Notes under the pieces: model-generated
What the model saw: the letters and a program-made list of their open reading frames with translations, nothing else
What the model was told of the DNA's origin: nothing
The model's database searches: none
Shown: positions 38,048-50,092 of the stretch, piece after piece
How the letters are laid out: the number at the start of each line of letters is the position of its first letter
Numbering within the stretch: the first letter of the stretch is position 1
Origin: Phoronis australis
Taxonomy: Eukaryota > Animalia > Phoronida
DNA: 64,000 bases
Direction: 5' to 3'
Assembly (NCBI GenBank): GCA_002633005.1
Contig: NMRA01000184.1
Span: forward strand, 623,255-687,254
Program-made: the position numbers and the translations under genes

Positions 38048-41000
38048 TCTTATAAAACATGTCAGTCGATGAGTGATTTTTGTAGGAATAACTTGAGGTA
38101 AAAAGTACGTCTTTTCCATTTTCTAATGTGGCATTTGATTTAATAACGCGTAACTTCTAGTCAGAGGTACGGGTCCAAATCGAGTCACCGCTAATTTCCC
38201 TTATAGCATGTTGCTGAGGACCGTGCGAAGATATACGCCCCTGGACGTGTAATTGATCGGAGCAAGTAGCTCAAACTCTATGATTTGAACAGGCATTGCT
38301 TGAAACAATGTTCCATACTATTCCACTAAGTCCATATTTGCTATTAGCAAAGTTTTGGATTATAAATGGTGTTCTTAGTGGAAAATTAGCGACATCTCAT
38401 CCCGTTACATAAGGTACGTAGATGCACATTGCCTCTGCTGTTTCTTCTATACAACTTGCATGATCTTCATGAAGTTTGACAGATGTGTTGCTGTGAGGTA
38501 TCTCTCTACGTTGTACTTCTAGGAACATGACTTATGATTTAACCAGAGTGATGCATAATTTGGCGAAAAGCATCCGGCATATGGAGTACCTATGGTATGA
38601 TCACTGTCTCTACTGGATCAGCAGTATTGTCCAAGGCTTATGCAGCCAAGGGGCTGAACAAGTTAAAAAAACAACTGGTGATAATATTGAAACGCACTTG
38701 GAAAACATCAAGATGTACCTTTCAAAAACACGTACCTGTTTATCAAAGCTATAAAGTTGTTCTTGAAATGTGAGCCATAATATACTTTTCCTGCTAACAA
38801 ATGATGCACTCGTGTTTCAGAATGCTCCTATCTTGTTCAGGTTAATTGGGTGTTTCAGATTTTGAAGTCTGATTGATTTTTTTGGGAAATTTTGGGTAAC
38901 ATCTGTATCACTTTCAGCAGCTTCAGCTTCAGTGCTACTGCTGGTGTCTTTAAACGTTGCTATGCCTTTCTATGTCATCCTTTCAATTTTTGGTCTGACA
39001 CTAGTTCTACAGCAGTATACTGTATATAGGCTATACCAGGTCATGCAGCTGTTTTCTGCACAAACTTTTGTGACACCTTTTCTTCTTTTTGATCTACTGA
39101 TCTACAGAGTTCCATGTTTCATCAGCTTTCGTCAGGATGCTTCTCTAAGCTTCTTCAGGTTCTGGCATCACAATTTTGTGCTGTTTGGTAAACCTTGAAC
39201 TGTACAGGCATCACACTCCATGGGACCTGCCATATTGAACTAAGCACAACAATGCAATCTGGCTCTCTGATTGGCCAATTCAATAGAAAAGCGCCACCAA
39301 GTGGCAGGAATGTGCATAACATTTTGTGCAAAAAATACCTTTTTCAAAAAAATGGGCAAGTATAGAAGTGGGAACTTCTTGGAATTTGATTTATAGGTAT
39401 ATTATCTAGCCACATAGAAAAAACTAGGTTGCCCCCCCAAAGTACTAACAAGGATGAACGCTATAAGATCTGGCCCACCGACTACTAGTGGAAAACTGGC
39501 ATTGCGTAGGCCTCTACCAAGCTCTTCCATGATTTTTTAGTATATTTGGCGTATTTGTTTCTACTCAGGAGACCACATCTAGGCAATGTTGCTTTTCGCT
39601 CTGCTTAGCTGTATATGAACGAAAATCGAATTGGGGCTTTCAACTCTCACAAAATCGGTATCATAATATTCTGCTCCGTGGTAGGAATCCATTTCCGTTA
39701 CTAACTCTAGTCACAGGTATTACGTAGATGCGACGTTTTCGAATTCGCAATTTTCGGGTTTGCCAACCCCAGTAAACATTTTATTATTGAGTCGCTGATG
39801 ATTTTCAGTTGATGTTCTTGTTTGTAATGGAAATAGTTTCCTATCATGGAAACATATCTTTATGAGTCCGATTTAATGGGAATAAAAGGCCTAATTTGAT
39901 TTTGTTTCTAGCTCCTTAAGCAGGCAGCTATAAACGTCGGAAGTAGGGCACGTGGTGAACACATCCGACCACGCTTGCGTAGTAATACACTGACGTGTTG
40001 CACAAGTTGATCCATATTTGGGCACGGCTTGTCCCCATTATGTTTACACAGAGTCCGGGGAGCAAACTTGGAGTGCACCAATGTGCACCTTTCGTGCGAC
40101 GGAACAACTTTCGCTTTGAATTCCTAAATAATTTTGTGCCTACGCCAATTAAAAACCGGATTGAACCCAGAAACTTGTGCAAGATATCGCATGCTTTCTC
40201 TCTCTATGAACGTGGTACATAAATCACCCATCTAAGACGTGGAATCTGACAACAACAACACCACCACCAACAACAAAAATAGCAAACAAGCACTTAGAAT
40301 TTAGCAATGTACAATTCGGGCACCACAGCCAGATTCCCATTTAGTTCCCAATGGCTCTCTCCTGTTCGTCCTCTTCAAGATTTGGGGCAGGTTCAAGGTC
40401 AAGCGTACATGTATATTATATTGTTGATAACGCTAGGCTAGCTTCACAACCAAATACCATTCCCGATGTAATAATGTATTCTCTGTTTAAGTAATTGTCA
40501 CTCTTTTGTAAACATTCACTAAACTGCCATTGAAACAAGGTGGACTGTATCGAACAACTCTAACATTTGAATTGCAATTGTAAAGTGAGTTTATGAAGAA
40601 ACTGCAACTTTGTTCTGAAACAGTTTTAAAGTACTTTTCCTGGGGCCTTTTTCGTAACGAGTTTCTTTTTAAATATTGTTTTTCAATTGGTCACGGTTTA
40701 CAAAACTAGGTTGACGCTTTTGGTATCGATCTCTGATAATCGACAGGATTTCAGCATGGATGCCTACGCATTTCGCCAACATAGATTTTACGACTTTGAC
40801 GAAAAAACTAAAAGCAACGTCGCGTTTTACCTATGACTCATAAAAACTATAGTAACTTTAATATGTGGAGAGTCGTGCTACGTATTTTCTAGGGCCATGT
40901 CACGCAACACGGACTATTGTCCATATATAGTCATTTGCAAACTGGGCTCATTTTCGTACGATGCTTTCTTGGCGATTATTAGCACCTGCTGAAATTGCCA

Positions 41001-41476
41001 TCTTGCTCGGGCTACTGAGAACGAGGCTCAGCGACCTCAACTGTGATTCGTACACATTTGTTCGGTGACATGTTCATGACGCTGTGTTCGTGGCAAACGC
41101 CCTGATGCCAGTGTGGGCAACTGGAGCAGCATATACAGTTATGCCCTCTATTGGTAAATTTAATTCCTGTTCAGCATCATCCTGCATTCCGACTAATGCT
41201 GTTCGTAAGAGAATACACGTCATTCTTAAGAATTTGAAATTCAACGTTTTTATTATATAATAATATTGCCTTAAGGGTCGCGTCGCTTGTCGTATAGTAA
41301 AAATAAGTAGTAGGTTTCATCAAAATCTGTCGCGCTTTATTGAAATTACTATACGGACAAATGAATGCTATGTAAACATTGGAATTTGCCAAAATGGCAA
41401 TGGGTCCATCAGAAAGCCAACTGATTGAAGTTTATCCCCTCCAAACATCTCTGTGTCACGTTTCATCCATCGGTCC

Positions 41477-43770
41477 TTTTTATGCGCCCACATATTTGTA
41501 TGTGGACGTATTATGCCATCATCCCCGTCCGACCAGCGTCCGTCCGGCGTCCGTCCCGCATCCGTCCGGCGTCCGTCCGGCGTCCGTCCGGCGTCCGTGC
41601 GGCGTCCGTCCGGCGTCCGGTGCTCTATCTCCATAACCCTTTGACGCATATTCATGAAATTTTGCACGTGTGTTCCTGATGAATGGGACGACATAAGCGA
41701 ACTTTCGGACGTGTCCGACTACCGGTGTGGCCCCTAGTGGCAATTTATTTTTTAAGTTTACCCCTGTATCTTCAAAGGTCATCAACGGATTTTCCTAAAA
41801 TTTGGCATATAGGCATCTATTAGTGAGACGGAGCTATCCTCTGGTTTTTGGATGGATTCGAGGTATTTTGCGCTACGTTGTGGTGATTTTTACTGTTTTC
41901 GAGTCTGTCTTTTGGCGTCCGCCCCTCTATTAATGAAACCTCTCTAAGGATGATTGTGTAAATTAGCATGTATGTTCTTACTATGAAACGGGACAGCTGA
42001 CGATGATTTTCCGACGACTTCGACTACTGTAGCGCCTCCTAATGATAGTTTTGTTGCTTTTTACTTTACGCCCATGGCTTTATCTTCAACATACTCTGCA
42101 GGATCTTTACTAAATTTAGGAAGTATATTTATGTTAAGTTGACAACGGACGACGACGACTTTCGGACTGTCCCGATTACTAGTGTGTCTTTTAGTGGCAA
42201 CTTTAGTTTTTTACGTATACCTCTGTATCTTCAAAGGTCCTCAAAGGATTTTTTATAAAATTTGGCATATATACATCTATTAGTGAGATGAAGCCACCTC
42301 CCTTTTTGCGATAGATTCGAGGTATTTTGCTCCTTCTAGTGTCCATTTTTGCTGTCTTCGAGTCTGTTTTTTGACATCCGCCCCTCTATCAACCAAACTG
42401 CTCTGAGGATGATTGAGAAAATTGGCAGTTATGTTCTTACTATGAAGAGAACAGATGACAATAATTTTCCGACGACTTCGACTACTTGTGGCAAGTTTGT
42501 TTTTGTTTTCATGGCTGTATTTCCTTAACACTATGGATCTTTACTAATTTAAAATTTAGCAAGGGCATTTATATGAAGTTGAAAACGGACAGCGAAGACT
42601 TTCGTCCGGCTCTGACTACCAGTGTGCCCCCTAGTGGCAATTTTATCTTATTTCGTTTATCTCTGTACCTTCAAAAGTCCTTGACGGATTTTCATAAAAT
42701 ATGGTATATAGGCATCTATTGGTGAGAAGACTCTATCCTTTTGGTTTCGGATGGATTTGAAGTTCTTTGTGTCATCTAGTGACCATTTTTGCTGTTTTCA
42801 AGTCTGTTTTTTGGCTAGCGACGCTGCGTCCGTCTATCCGGAGTCCGCTGCTGACTACCGTGGTGCCTCCTAGTGTGTGTGGCTTTATCTCCTAAACCCT
42901 CTGCAGGATCTTTGTTAAATTTGGCAAGTTTATTTCTATGACAAGTTAGAAGGGATCTGACTACTGCTGTGTCCCTAGTGTCAATTTTATTTTTACTGTT
43001 TTCCTGTGTGTCCTTGATGAATTTTGATGAAATTTGGCTTGTACTATTCTTTTAATGAGGCAATGATACCTTTTCGTTTTCAGATGGATTTGACGTTTTG
43101 TACGTCTCCTAGTGGACATTTGCTCGGTGATTTCGATTCGTGGAATGAGTAGATAGCTTGGAATGTGCACTTGCATTCAAGCTAATTTGCTCTCTTACAG
43201 CTAAGCAGTGAACGTCCTTTGTAGCTTTTACCGTTAATCACGGGTTCAGCGATACGAGTTTACATCAAATGTTTGTGTTGTTCTTTTCATGTCTACCTGT
43301 GTTAGTACTTCTGGAGTTTATTGGTATGGTTTTTGCTAATTTGAACACTCGTATTGAAGAAGTGGCTAACATTGCTTTCCATATGTATCTGTCTACTGCT
43401 GCACTGTTGACTGGTGTATGCTTTGTGTTACCACGAGAACATAAAGGAAAAGTTTCAAGTAGAAATTTGTTACTGGCATGCTTATGCTATGCTAGTCTCG
43501 TATGTTGGCAATTTTTGTTTTTTATTCTGGGTTTCTGTGGTGCTTCAGGCAAGTTCTGTCCATGTATAAGATGTGCTTGCATTGCAAAGATCAGTCGCAT
43601 TTTGCCCTTAGTCTATAGGGGAGACAATGGCCATGCCTTTTCATTTTTGCAAAGTACAACGTATTATGTGCCATATAATGGCCACTTCATGATACCAATA
43701 AACACCCCCAGAAGGATACCGTTTGTGGTGAAATTGTGGGCGCATTTCAACGCTCTGCGTTGCTCTTGCT
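41477..43770 (+). mobile_element. HINE/DINE-1-like element, expanded copy
   Basis: Same 5' hairpin (tatgcgcccacatatttgtatgtggacg), an expanded GGCGTCCGTCC tract (about 41525-41620), and about 450-bp higher-order repeats starting near 41700, 42158 and 42598. 3' end gtgggcgcatttcAACGCtctGCGTTgctcttg at about 43736-43768. Confidence 0.8.
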
Positions 43771-44434
43771 TGTTTAAGTTGCCAAAAAACGCTGATCAAC
43801 TTTAATCATAAAATAAAAGATAACAGAAAGATAAAATTTTACTCAAATTGAGAAATATAAATGTTGTCTTAGAAAATTCATTACTAAGTTCTTTTATATT
43901 CAGCCATTACTCTTCGCCCGGATTAAAGTTTTGAGCGTGAAATTCTCTTTCTTATATGGGACATTATCGAAAAGTCCAAGATTTGTCTTCACGTCCGAAC
44001 TGTGAAATTTGGTTCTTACAGTATTTTAAGAGCATCGCTCTGAGCCCAATGCCATAAATTGCCAAATATAATGAACTGTTAGGCAAATTGGCTTACTTTT
44101 TTTCTACGTCACCGCAAGAATCACCTTTTAGTACAAACAGCTGCGAATAACACCTGCACGCAATGATGTTCTATTCAGACCCCTATTCAATATTACCTTT
44201 TGTTGTTTGTGCTGGAATCTCGCGGTGATGCAACATGGCACAAAAGGCAGCTTCACTTATCATTTGAGGGTCTTACATTTGAGTGAATGAACTAACCTTT
44301 ACTTATTTTGCTTAGGCTTTGCCAGTACTATACATCTAAATTAACGAAATTCCGTTGAAGGTAATCTTTAAGACAAAACTAAGTCAAAAACTTATGTCAA
44401 ACTTAAGATTAATTTCGTGGAACGGACTTCAACA

Positions 44435-45660
44435 GCCGATTTCATAAAAGACATGGTTTAAGAAAACCAGGTTTAAGACTTAAACCTAGTCTTTCTAAAC
44501 CTGGTCTAATTTTAGACCTAACGTGCATTTTACCAACGTGGTTTTAAAGTCTGAAAGCCCAGTTTTGTTAGACCAGGGAGCGGGTTTAGTAAAGCCAGGT
44601 TTAAAGTATTTAAGCCACCCTACTGTGTCGATCTAGTTGAACCCAACAATGAAACTATTGAAGTGCTTCAACGAAACCTTGATCACGTGGGTACACAATG
44701 ACACACACTTGTAGAACCAGTGCAGACAAGGTCTAAAAGCTATTCTCATAAGCAAAAATGTAATGCCTGTGACCAACACACGTACACACATCAAAGTACA
44801 TGCTCACGATTGGCCGCTACACGTCCAAATTTATTTCCGTGCCATTTTAGTGTTTATTTTTCGCGGCCAAGGGGGGGGGCAAGACTCCTTCCTGGCAACA
44901 ATTTAGGTGGAATCAGAAGCTGCTGTCTTCAGTCAAACCCGTAGCGCTTACGACGATGACGCTCTGGTCAACCAGTCGTATTCTGGGGAATCCGCAGGAC
45001 GCCATGCAGCACGTACTGGTCCAGTGCTGTAGTGGGGCGTAGGCGCACGTAGACGCACGTAGGCGCAGCCAACAACCTGTGGGCATTTGCATGTAGCGCT
45101 TACGCACCGTAAGTTACGTTCACTGCTCAAGGTGATACGGTGGGCTTTGGGTGCCTACTTAGGCCTACCTCTAATTTTACTACTACAGCGCTGTACTGGT
45201 CTACACATAGGCGGATCTAAGGGGTCCGTAGCCCCTTTTCCCTTGATATTAGTGATATCAAATCTATAATTTTCAAACTGTTGACTTGGTCCCCCTTTTA
45301 AAAAGTCCTTGACCGCCCCACCCCCTTAAAATTGTGTATCCGCCCCTGCTACGTTTGATCTTGTGTTTTCGTATTGAAAAAAGTTCATTTTCACTCTAAA
45401 ACTGCTTCGTAAATGCATACCACGGCATCATTCAGTTGCACCTATACGATGCAAGTCTGTCATATTTAACAGTTAAACCTGGGTCTGACCAAATCTAATG
45501 TTAAAGCTGGATTAAGATCTTACAGGGCTAAAGAGCATAGACCTCGTTGGTGAAATGAAAACTGACTTAGACCAGGTCTAAACTGCAGTCAAACCAGGTT
45601 TTACTGGTCTAAGTGCAGTTTAAACCAGGTTTAACTTAAAACCACCTTTATGAAATTTGC
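44435..45660. mobile_element. Harbinger-like MITE with nested insertions
   Basis: Ends gccgatttcataaaag... / ...ctttatgaaatttgc, with repeated AAACCAGGT/ACCTGGTCT subterminal motifs on both arms. Confidence 0.55.
45206..45348. mobile_element. Short GGCGGATC...GATCCGCC MITE (related copies at 26161-26359 and about 20138-20192)
   Basis: cataggcggatcta...gtatccgcccctg inverted ends with C/G-run interior; the same architecture recurs in the window. Confidence 0.55.
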
Positions 45661-45662
45661 TG

Positions 45663-46752
45663 CAAGAGTTCCCATTACGACCCTGTGTCTCAAAAAGAAT
45701 TTTATGAATACATTTTAAGAGGTTTAATAGCCTTTAGTATACTTGTTGCTGAGAAACATGTCAAAAATTTAAAAAAATATATTTTCCTGTTATCGGAGTT
45801 ATACTTAATGGGTGGAAGACCGTCTCCGCCGTTCTCGTTTTTACCTGTGGGATACTGAGGAGTTGTGAGGAAAGTCCGTGGAGAGGTGCATTTTTCAAAC
45901 ATGAAAACGTGCGTTTGTGGCGGCTGTAGTAACAGCAACTTGACGAGAAAGTTGCCCAGAAATGGCATCGGTTTGTGCGCAGCACGAGTGTGTGGAATGT
46001 CAATGTCTAATATGCGATTCAGCCAGGAGCCACACTTTGTTCGACTCATTTCAAGGAATCTTGGTTCGACCAAACACAAAAGCAGCGTTACGATGAAGGA
46101 CTTGCCACCTTGAAAGTGTATTTTCAAATTTTAAAAATAACAACTAACTGCTTTCATTCTTGGGCGAGTGATGCCAGGCCCTCGATCCCGTCCAACATGT
46201 AGGTTTGTGCATTGTGTTTAGACCGTGCTTATTCCATCACAGTGAATGCGAGATGATCCAGGTTTACAGCGGAATATGTCAGTGATTATAAAGTGTCTGT
46301 TTTGTGAATATTGACCACTCCTTGGCTCAGTTGGTTGGGGCTCACATATGTCTGTGGCATTTCTCGTGCAAGTGGGTCGAGTTCATACGACTTCAAAGCC
46401 GACGAAAGTTGGCTAAGTGGGAAATAGAATTCATTGTCTGATTCTTTAAGTACTTGAGTATGATGACCGTATTCACTCTTCTCTCTGTTGCACAATAATT
46501 GTCCAATTCTCGCTCAAAATCGTAGTCGTCTTCTGATCTGTTGTGTTCCGTCTTGATTGTCAAGTGGCCGAACGTCTTCCACACATTACATCATTTGGCG
46601 GGAAACTTGGAAATAACTATTTTTTATCAGAATTAAAAAAATTCTCGAGTATTTCGCATAAAAAGTGCTTATTTAGTTAGTATTTATGGTATTCATTTCA
46701 TATTAACTAGTTGAAACCTCAAAAACTAAGAAAATGCATGGTGGGAACTCTC
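45663..46752. mobile_element. Degenerate THAP-bearing DNA transposon remnant
   Basis: Short inverted ends agagttccca / tgggaactct. 45901 reads MKTCVCGGCSNSNL, a THAP-like CxxxxC start, then decays. Confidence 0.35.
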
Positions 46753-46824
46753 TAAGAAAAATTCGAGTTTTATCATAAAATTGACCTAAATTTAAAAATT
46801 GTCTTAGCTAAGAAGGGGCTCCAG

Positions 46825-47258
46825 TGACCGGTTGCATGAAACAGTCCCAAATAGGGACTCAACTAAGGCCCTTAAATGTTTTTGGGTATTTGTGTCTTTA
46901 TGGACTCACAGATGCAATATTTTTATATCATTTCATCTTTATTATGAGCTCCTCTTTGATTAATGACATTTTCTAATAATATAGCTAAAAACTGAGCCCT
47001 GAGTTCATTGAAAATAAATAGGGATTCAGTCCTTAAATTGGGGGTGTTGCATGAAAAGATCCCTACTTATTTTCGATAATTTTTACAATTCAACGTAGAG
47101 TTCACTCCTGATTTGTATCAAAGTCAAAAGTTGACTTCATAATGAAACTAAAACAATACAATAAAGGGCAATCGATGTTTTCACAACTCCAAAAGTCCGC
47201 AGTAGATTTAGGGACCTTAGTTGAGTCCCTATTTGGGACTACTTCATGCATCCGGGCA
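46825..47258. mobile_element. PIF/Harbinger-like MITE
   Basis: About 50-bp TIR (tgaccggttgcatgaaacagtcccaaatagggactcaactaagg / ccttagttgagtccctatttgggactacttcatgcatccgggca) with a 3-bp CAG target duplication. Confidence 0.78.
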
Positions 47259-48699
47259 CAGAACCACAAAACTATTTTTTATTCTCTTACGTTACCAGTT
47301 AAATGCACTCAAATTACCCTGTTGTTCAACGCTTCTGAAAAGAAACAGAATTTATCTAGGCTTGGGGCCTGTCTCCCGAAAATTCTCGTTGGAAATTATT
47401 TTCTTGTCTACGACGAATAAATGGTCCGGTCGGTTGCTCGTTCATGATGCTGCGAAGGTAAAGAGCATTTGCATCGAAACCCAGAATCTTTGACACCATC
47501 TTTGGCATTTTTCCCACTTTCTCCATCTCCCTTTATCGGGCAAATGGCCAAACGTCAACCTTTTGCCCTACTTCCGATGACGTCACAGGTATGTCTCACA
47601 GAATCTCGCGTTATTGTTATTAACTCGCAAAAGGACTATTCGGTTTACTTATATCGCTGGCGTTTGAGGTCTCTCTACACACATTGCGTAGGACCAAATG
47701 TAGTATATAGACGATAATTCATTTGCGCCGTGTGTATGTCCAGTTGTTTGGTTCGAAATGCACGTAGCGAGCCTAGTATCAAGAAAGGCATGTTTGTCAA
47801 AATTTGTGTAAATATCCAGCACATGTTTCAAGTGAAAAATTCGCAGACGGATTCAAAAGTTTTGTTAGCCCTCGGGTTTGCATCATCCCAGACTTTATAT
47901 TACGATTATGTAAAGATTTATCAAAGTTCAGACGATGCTTTGTGTACATTTGTGTTCGAAAATTTCAAGTAATCTTTTGCATTCATCCACTTTTGTCTAC
48001 TTCTGTGTACTGTTCTTAATACACGGTTAAACATGAAGTTTTTTCTCTCTTAGTTGGTCACACTTTGCATTCATCTACTTTTTGTCACTTTTGTATGCTG
48101 TTAGTGATACACGGTTAAACATGAAAAGTTTCTTTTCTCTCTTAGTTGGTCACAATGTTTCCAACACCATGTATAGCTATCTGCAAGAGAGGTGCGCATT
48201 CACTTACTTTTATCCCAAAAGACAAGTTTTCGACGACAGCGTCACCATTGGACATTTAATTCGGGACATTTTAGTAATAATTTGCTACTTGTACAGATAA
48301 TGGTGTGTGAACGTCTTTGTTCATTTTTGTAGTGTTTTCGAATGTTCTTTGTTATTAATACACGTTTCAACAATATTAGGTTTATGTTCTATTTTAGGCG
48401 GTTACATCTTGGTATTAGTATTATTAGTTTAGTACAGTTTATACTTGGGTTAGACTTTACGCGACATCTGTTGTTGAGTTAGGTGGTTCTCTCCTTATCG
48501 TCTTTTAGTGGTTATACGCGTTGTCTGTTTTTGAGAAATGAGAACAATATACAACGGCGACACGTGGGGCACGCGAAATAAGGTAATCCACCTTTTGTTC
48601 TCCCTATTTTTGTAATCCCTTTGTAATCCCTATTTTGTTTCGGCTCTCGATCTGTTGAACAAACACGACGTTATCTTTTCATAACATCCAGGTGCAGGA

Positions 48700-49013
48700 C
48701 GGTGTCACAACCTCACTTACCTGATGACGCCATCAGTCACGTGATTTCCGACTTGACCTTCCGGTTCACCGACGTCTTAACTTATGACCTTGACCTTGGA
48801 TCGAGGTGCTTCTCTTACGGGTCTAATTAAATCTATTACGTAATGAGGTGTGACGTCATTGACACTTCCGTCTGATAGGCGGATGACGTCCCTTCCGAGT
48901 GCATCCATCCCATGTTACCTTTGACCTTTCCCCTTTTGACCTATGCCCTTTGACCTATGACCTTTTACCGAGGAACCTCCCAAACGGGGCGCCAAAACCT
49001 CTTACTATACTAC
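48700..49013. mobile_element. Probable Polinton/Maverick terminal repeat fragment
   Basis: Ends ...aacctcttactatactac (reverse complement gtagtatagtaagagg, resembling AGT-repeat Polinton termini), preceded by dense TGACCT, TGACGTCA and CTTCCG motifs. Recognised by resemblance only. Confidence 0.45.
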
Positions 49014-50092
49014 ATTCAGAGTTGATTTCTAATTAAAATACTGCGTACTGTTCGTCACATGGAATATCTATGTCTACTTTATCAATGTTCTTCTTCCAGA
49101 CAAGTTTGTACTAATCGAGTAATTTTGTTCTGACGTGACTACGAATTTATAGGTCCAACGTCCGTCTGATTATAGTTTTACAAGCGATCTTCACTTTTCT
49201 TTTGGGATGGTGCTATGCGGCCTTCAAACAGAGCCGTTGGTTGTAACTGTTATCTTGAGGTATAATTTGAAATATTTTCCAAAGAACCGCCTTAGGAATT
49301 CATTGGTCACTCAAGCCAGGTCTTCATTCAAGCGCCGGCTCAATAGGAAAGATTGAATGAAAACAAAGAAGATGGCAGTATATAACACTAAAATAGACTT
49401 GTGCTTTGAGCTAACTTGAATGCAAACGTCCCGTGGAGTACGTAAATCATGCTGTTAAAGTCCTAGCAGACTGACAGAATTTGAATCCTCGTTGTTCAAG
49501 GTATGTTGATGCGAGTTTTAAAACCAGCGATAAAAAATTAAACTTTTTAGTGTTCAGCTCTGCAAACTCACCGGGCCAAATTCCGGCAAAACAGTTTCCA
49601 TCGGCTTTTCGCCCATCATATATTTTGTTGTGTGACCGAGCAAAGGCGACCACACGACAGTCAACAGGCGAGCTATATAAACCAGATATCACACGAGGAT
49701 CGAGTTCTATAACTGTTTAGCCAAAACCAAGTGCTCTTATAAAAATGCATGGCGATATCTTGCGGAGATCTTGTTTTTCTGGAGATACACTGGGGTTACT
49801 GGACTCCATGATCCAGGTACCGCTACTGAATTGTGACGTTGAGGATGGTGCGCATAATCACAGATTTTTTGCATTGAGAATATAGAGTTGCCGATTCATT
49901 AAGTTGGTCTATGGTGAAACAGCCACACAGGTGTCCGGAATGTCCACCATAGTTCTGGAAACCCTGTATTTGTCGCAGTTAGTAGCGTTATCTAGTAACA
50001 CACTTCAGCGGATGACTGTTGACAATCGAACTAAACACATAATCTAATAAGATATCGTCCTTCTTCAGCCACTGGTCATAAAACCCAGGTGA

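Noticed and set aside
41368-41785. Overlapping repetitive ORFs (RTPDGRRTDAG / VRPASVRRPS)
   Set aside because: Translations of the GGCGTCCGTCC microsatellite of the element.
43269-43805. 178-aa hydrophobic ORF as a membrane protein gene
   Set aside because: It lies inside a HINE-like element and runs through its 3' terminus; T-rich composition explains the hydrophobicity; no recognisable motif.
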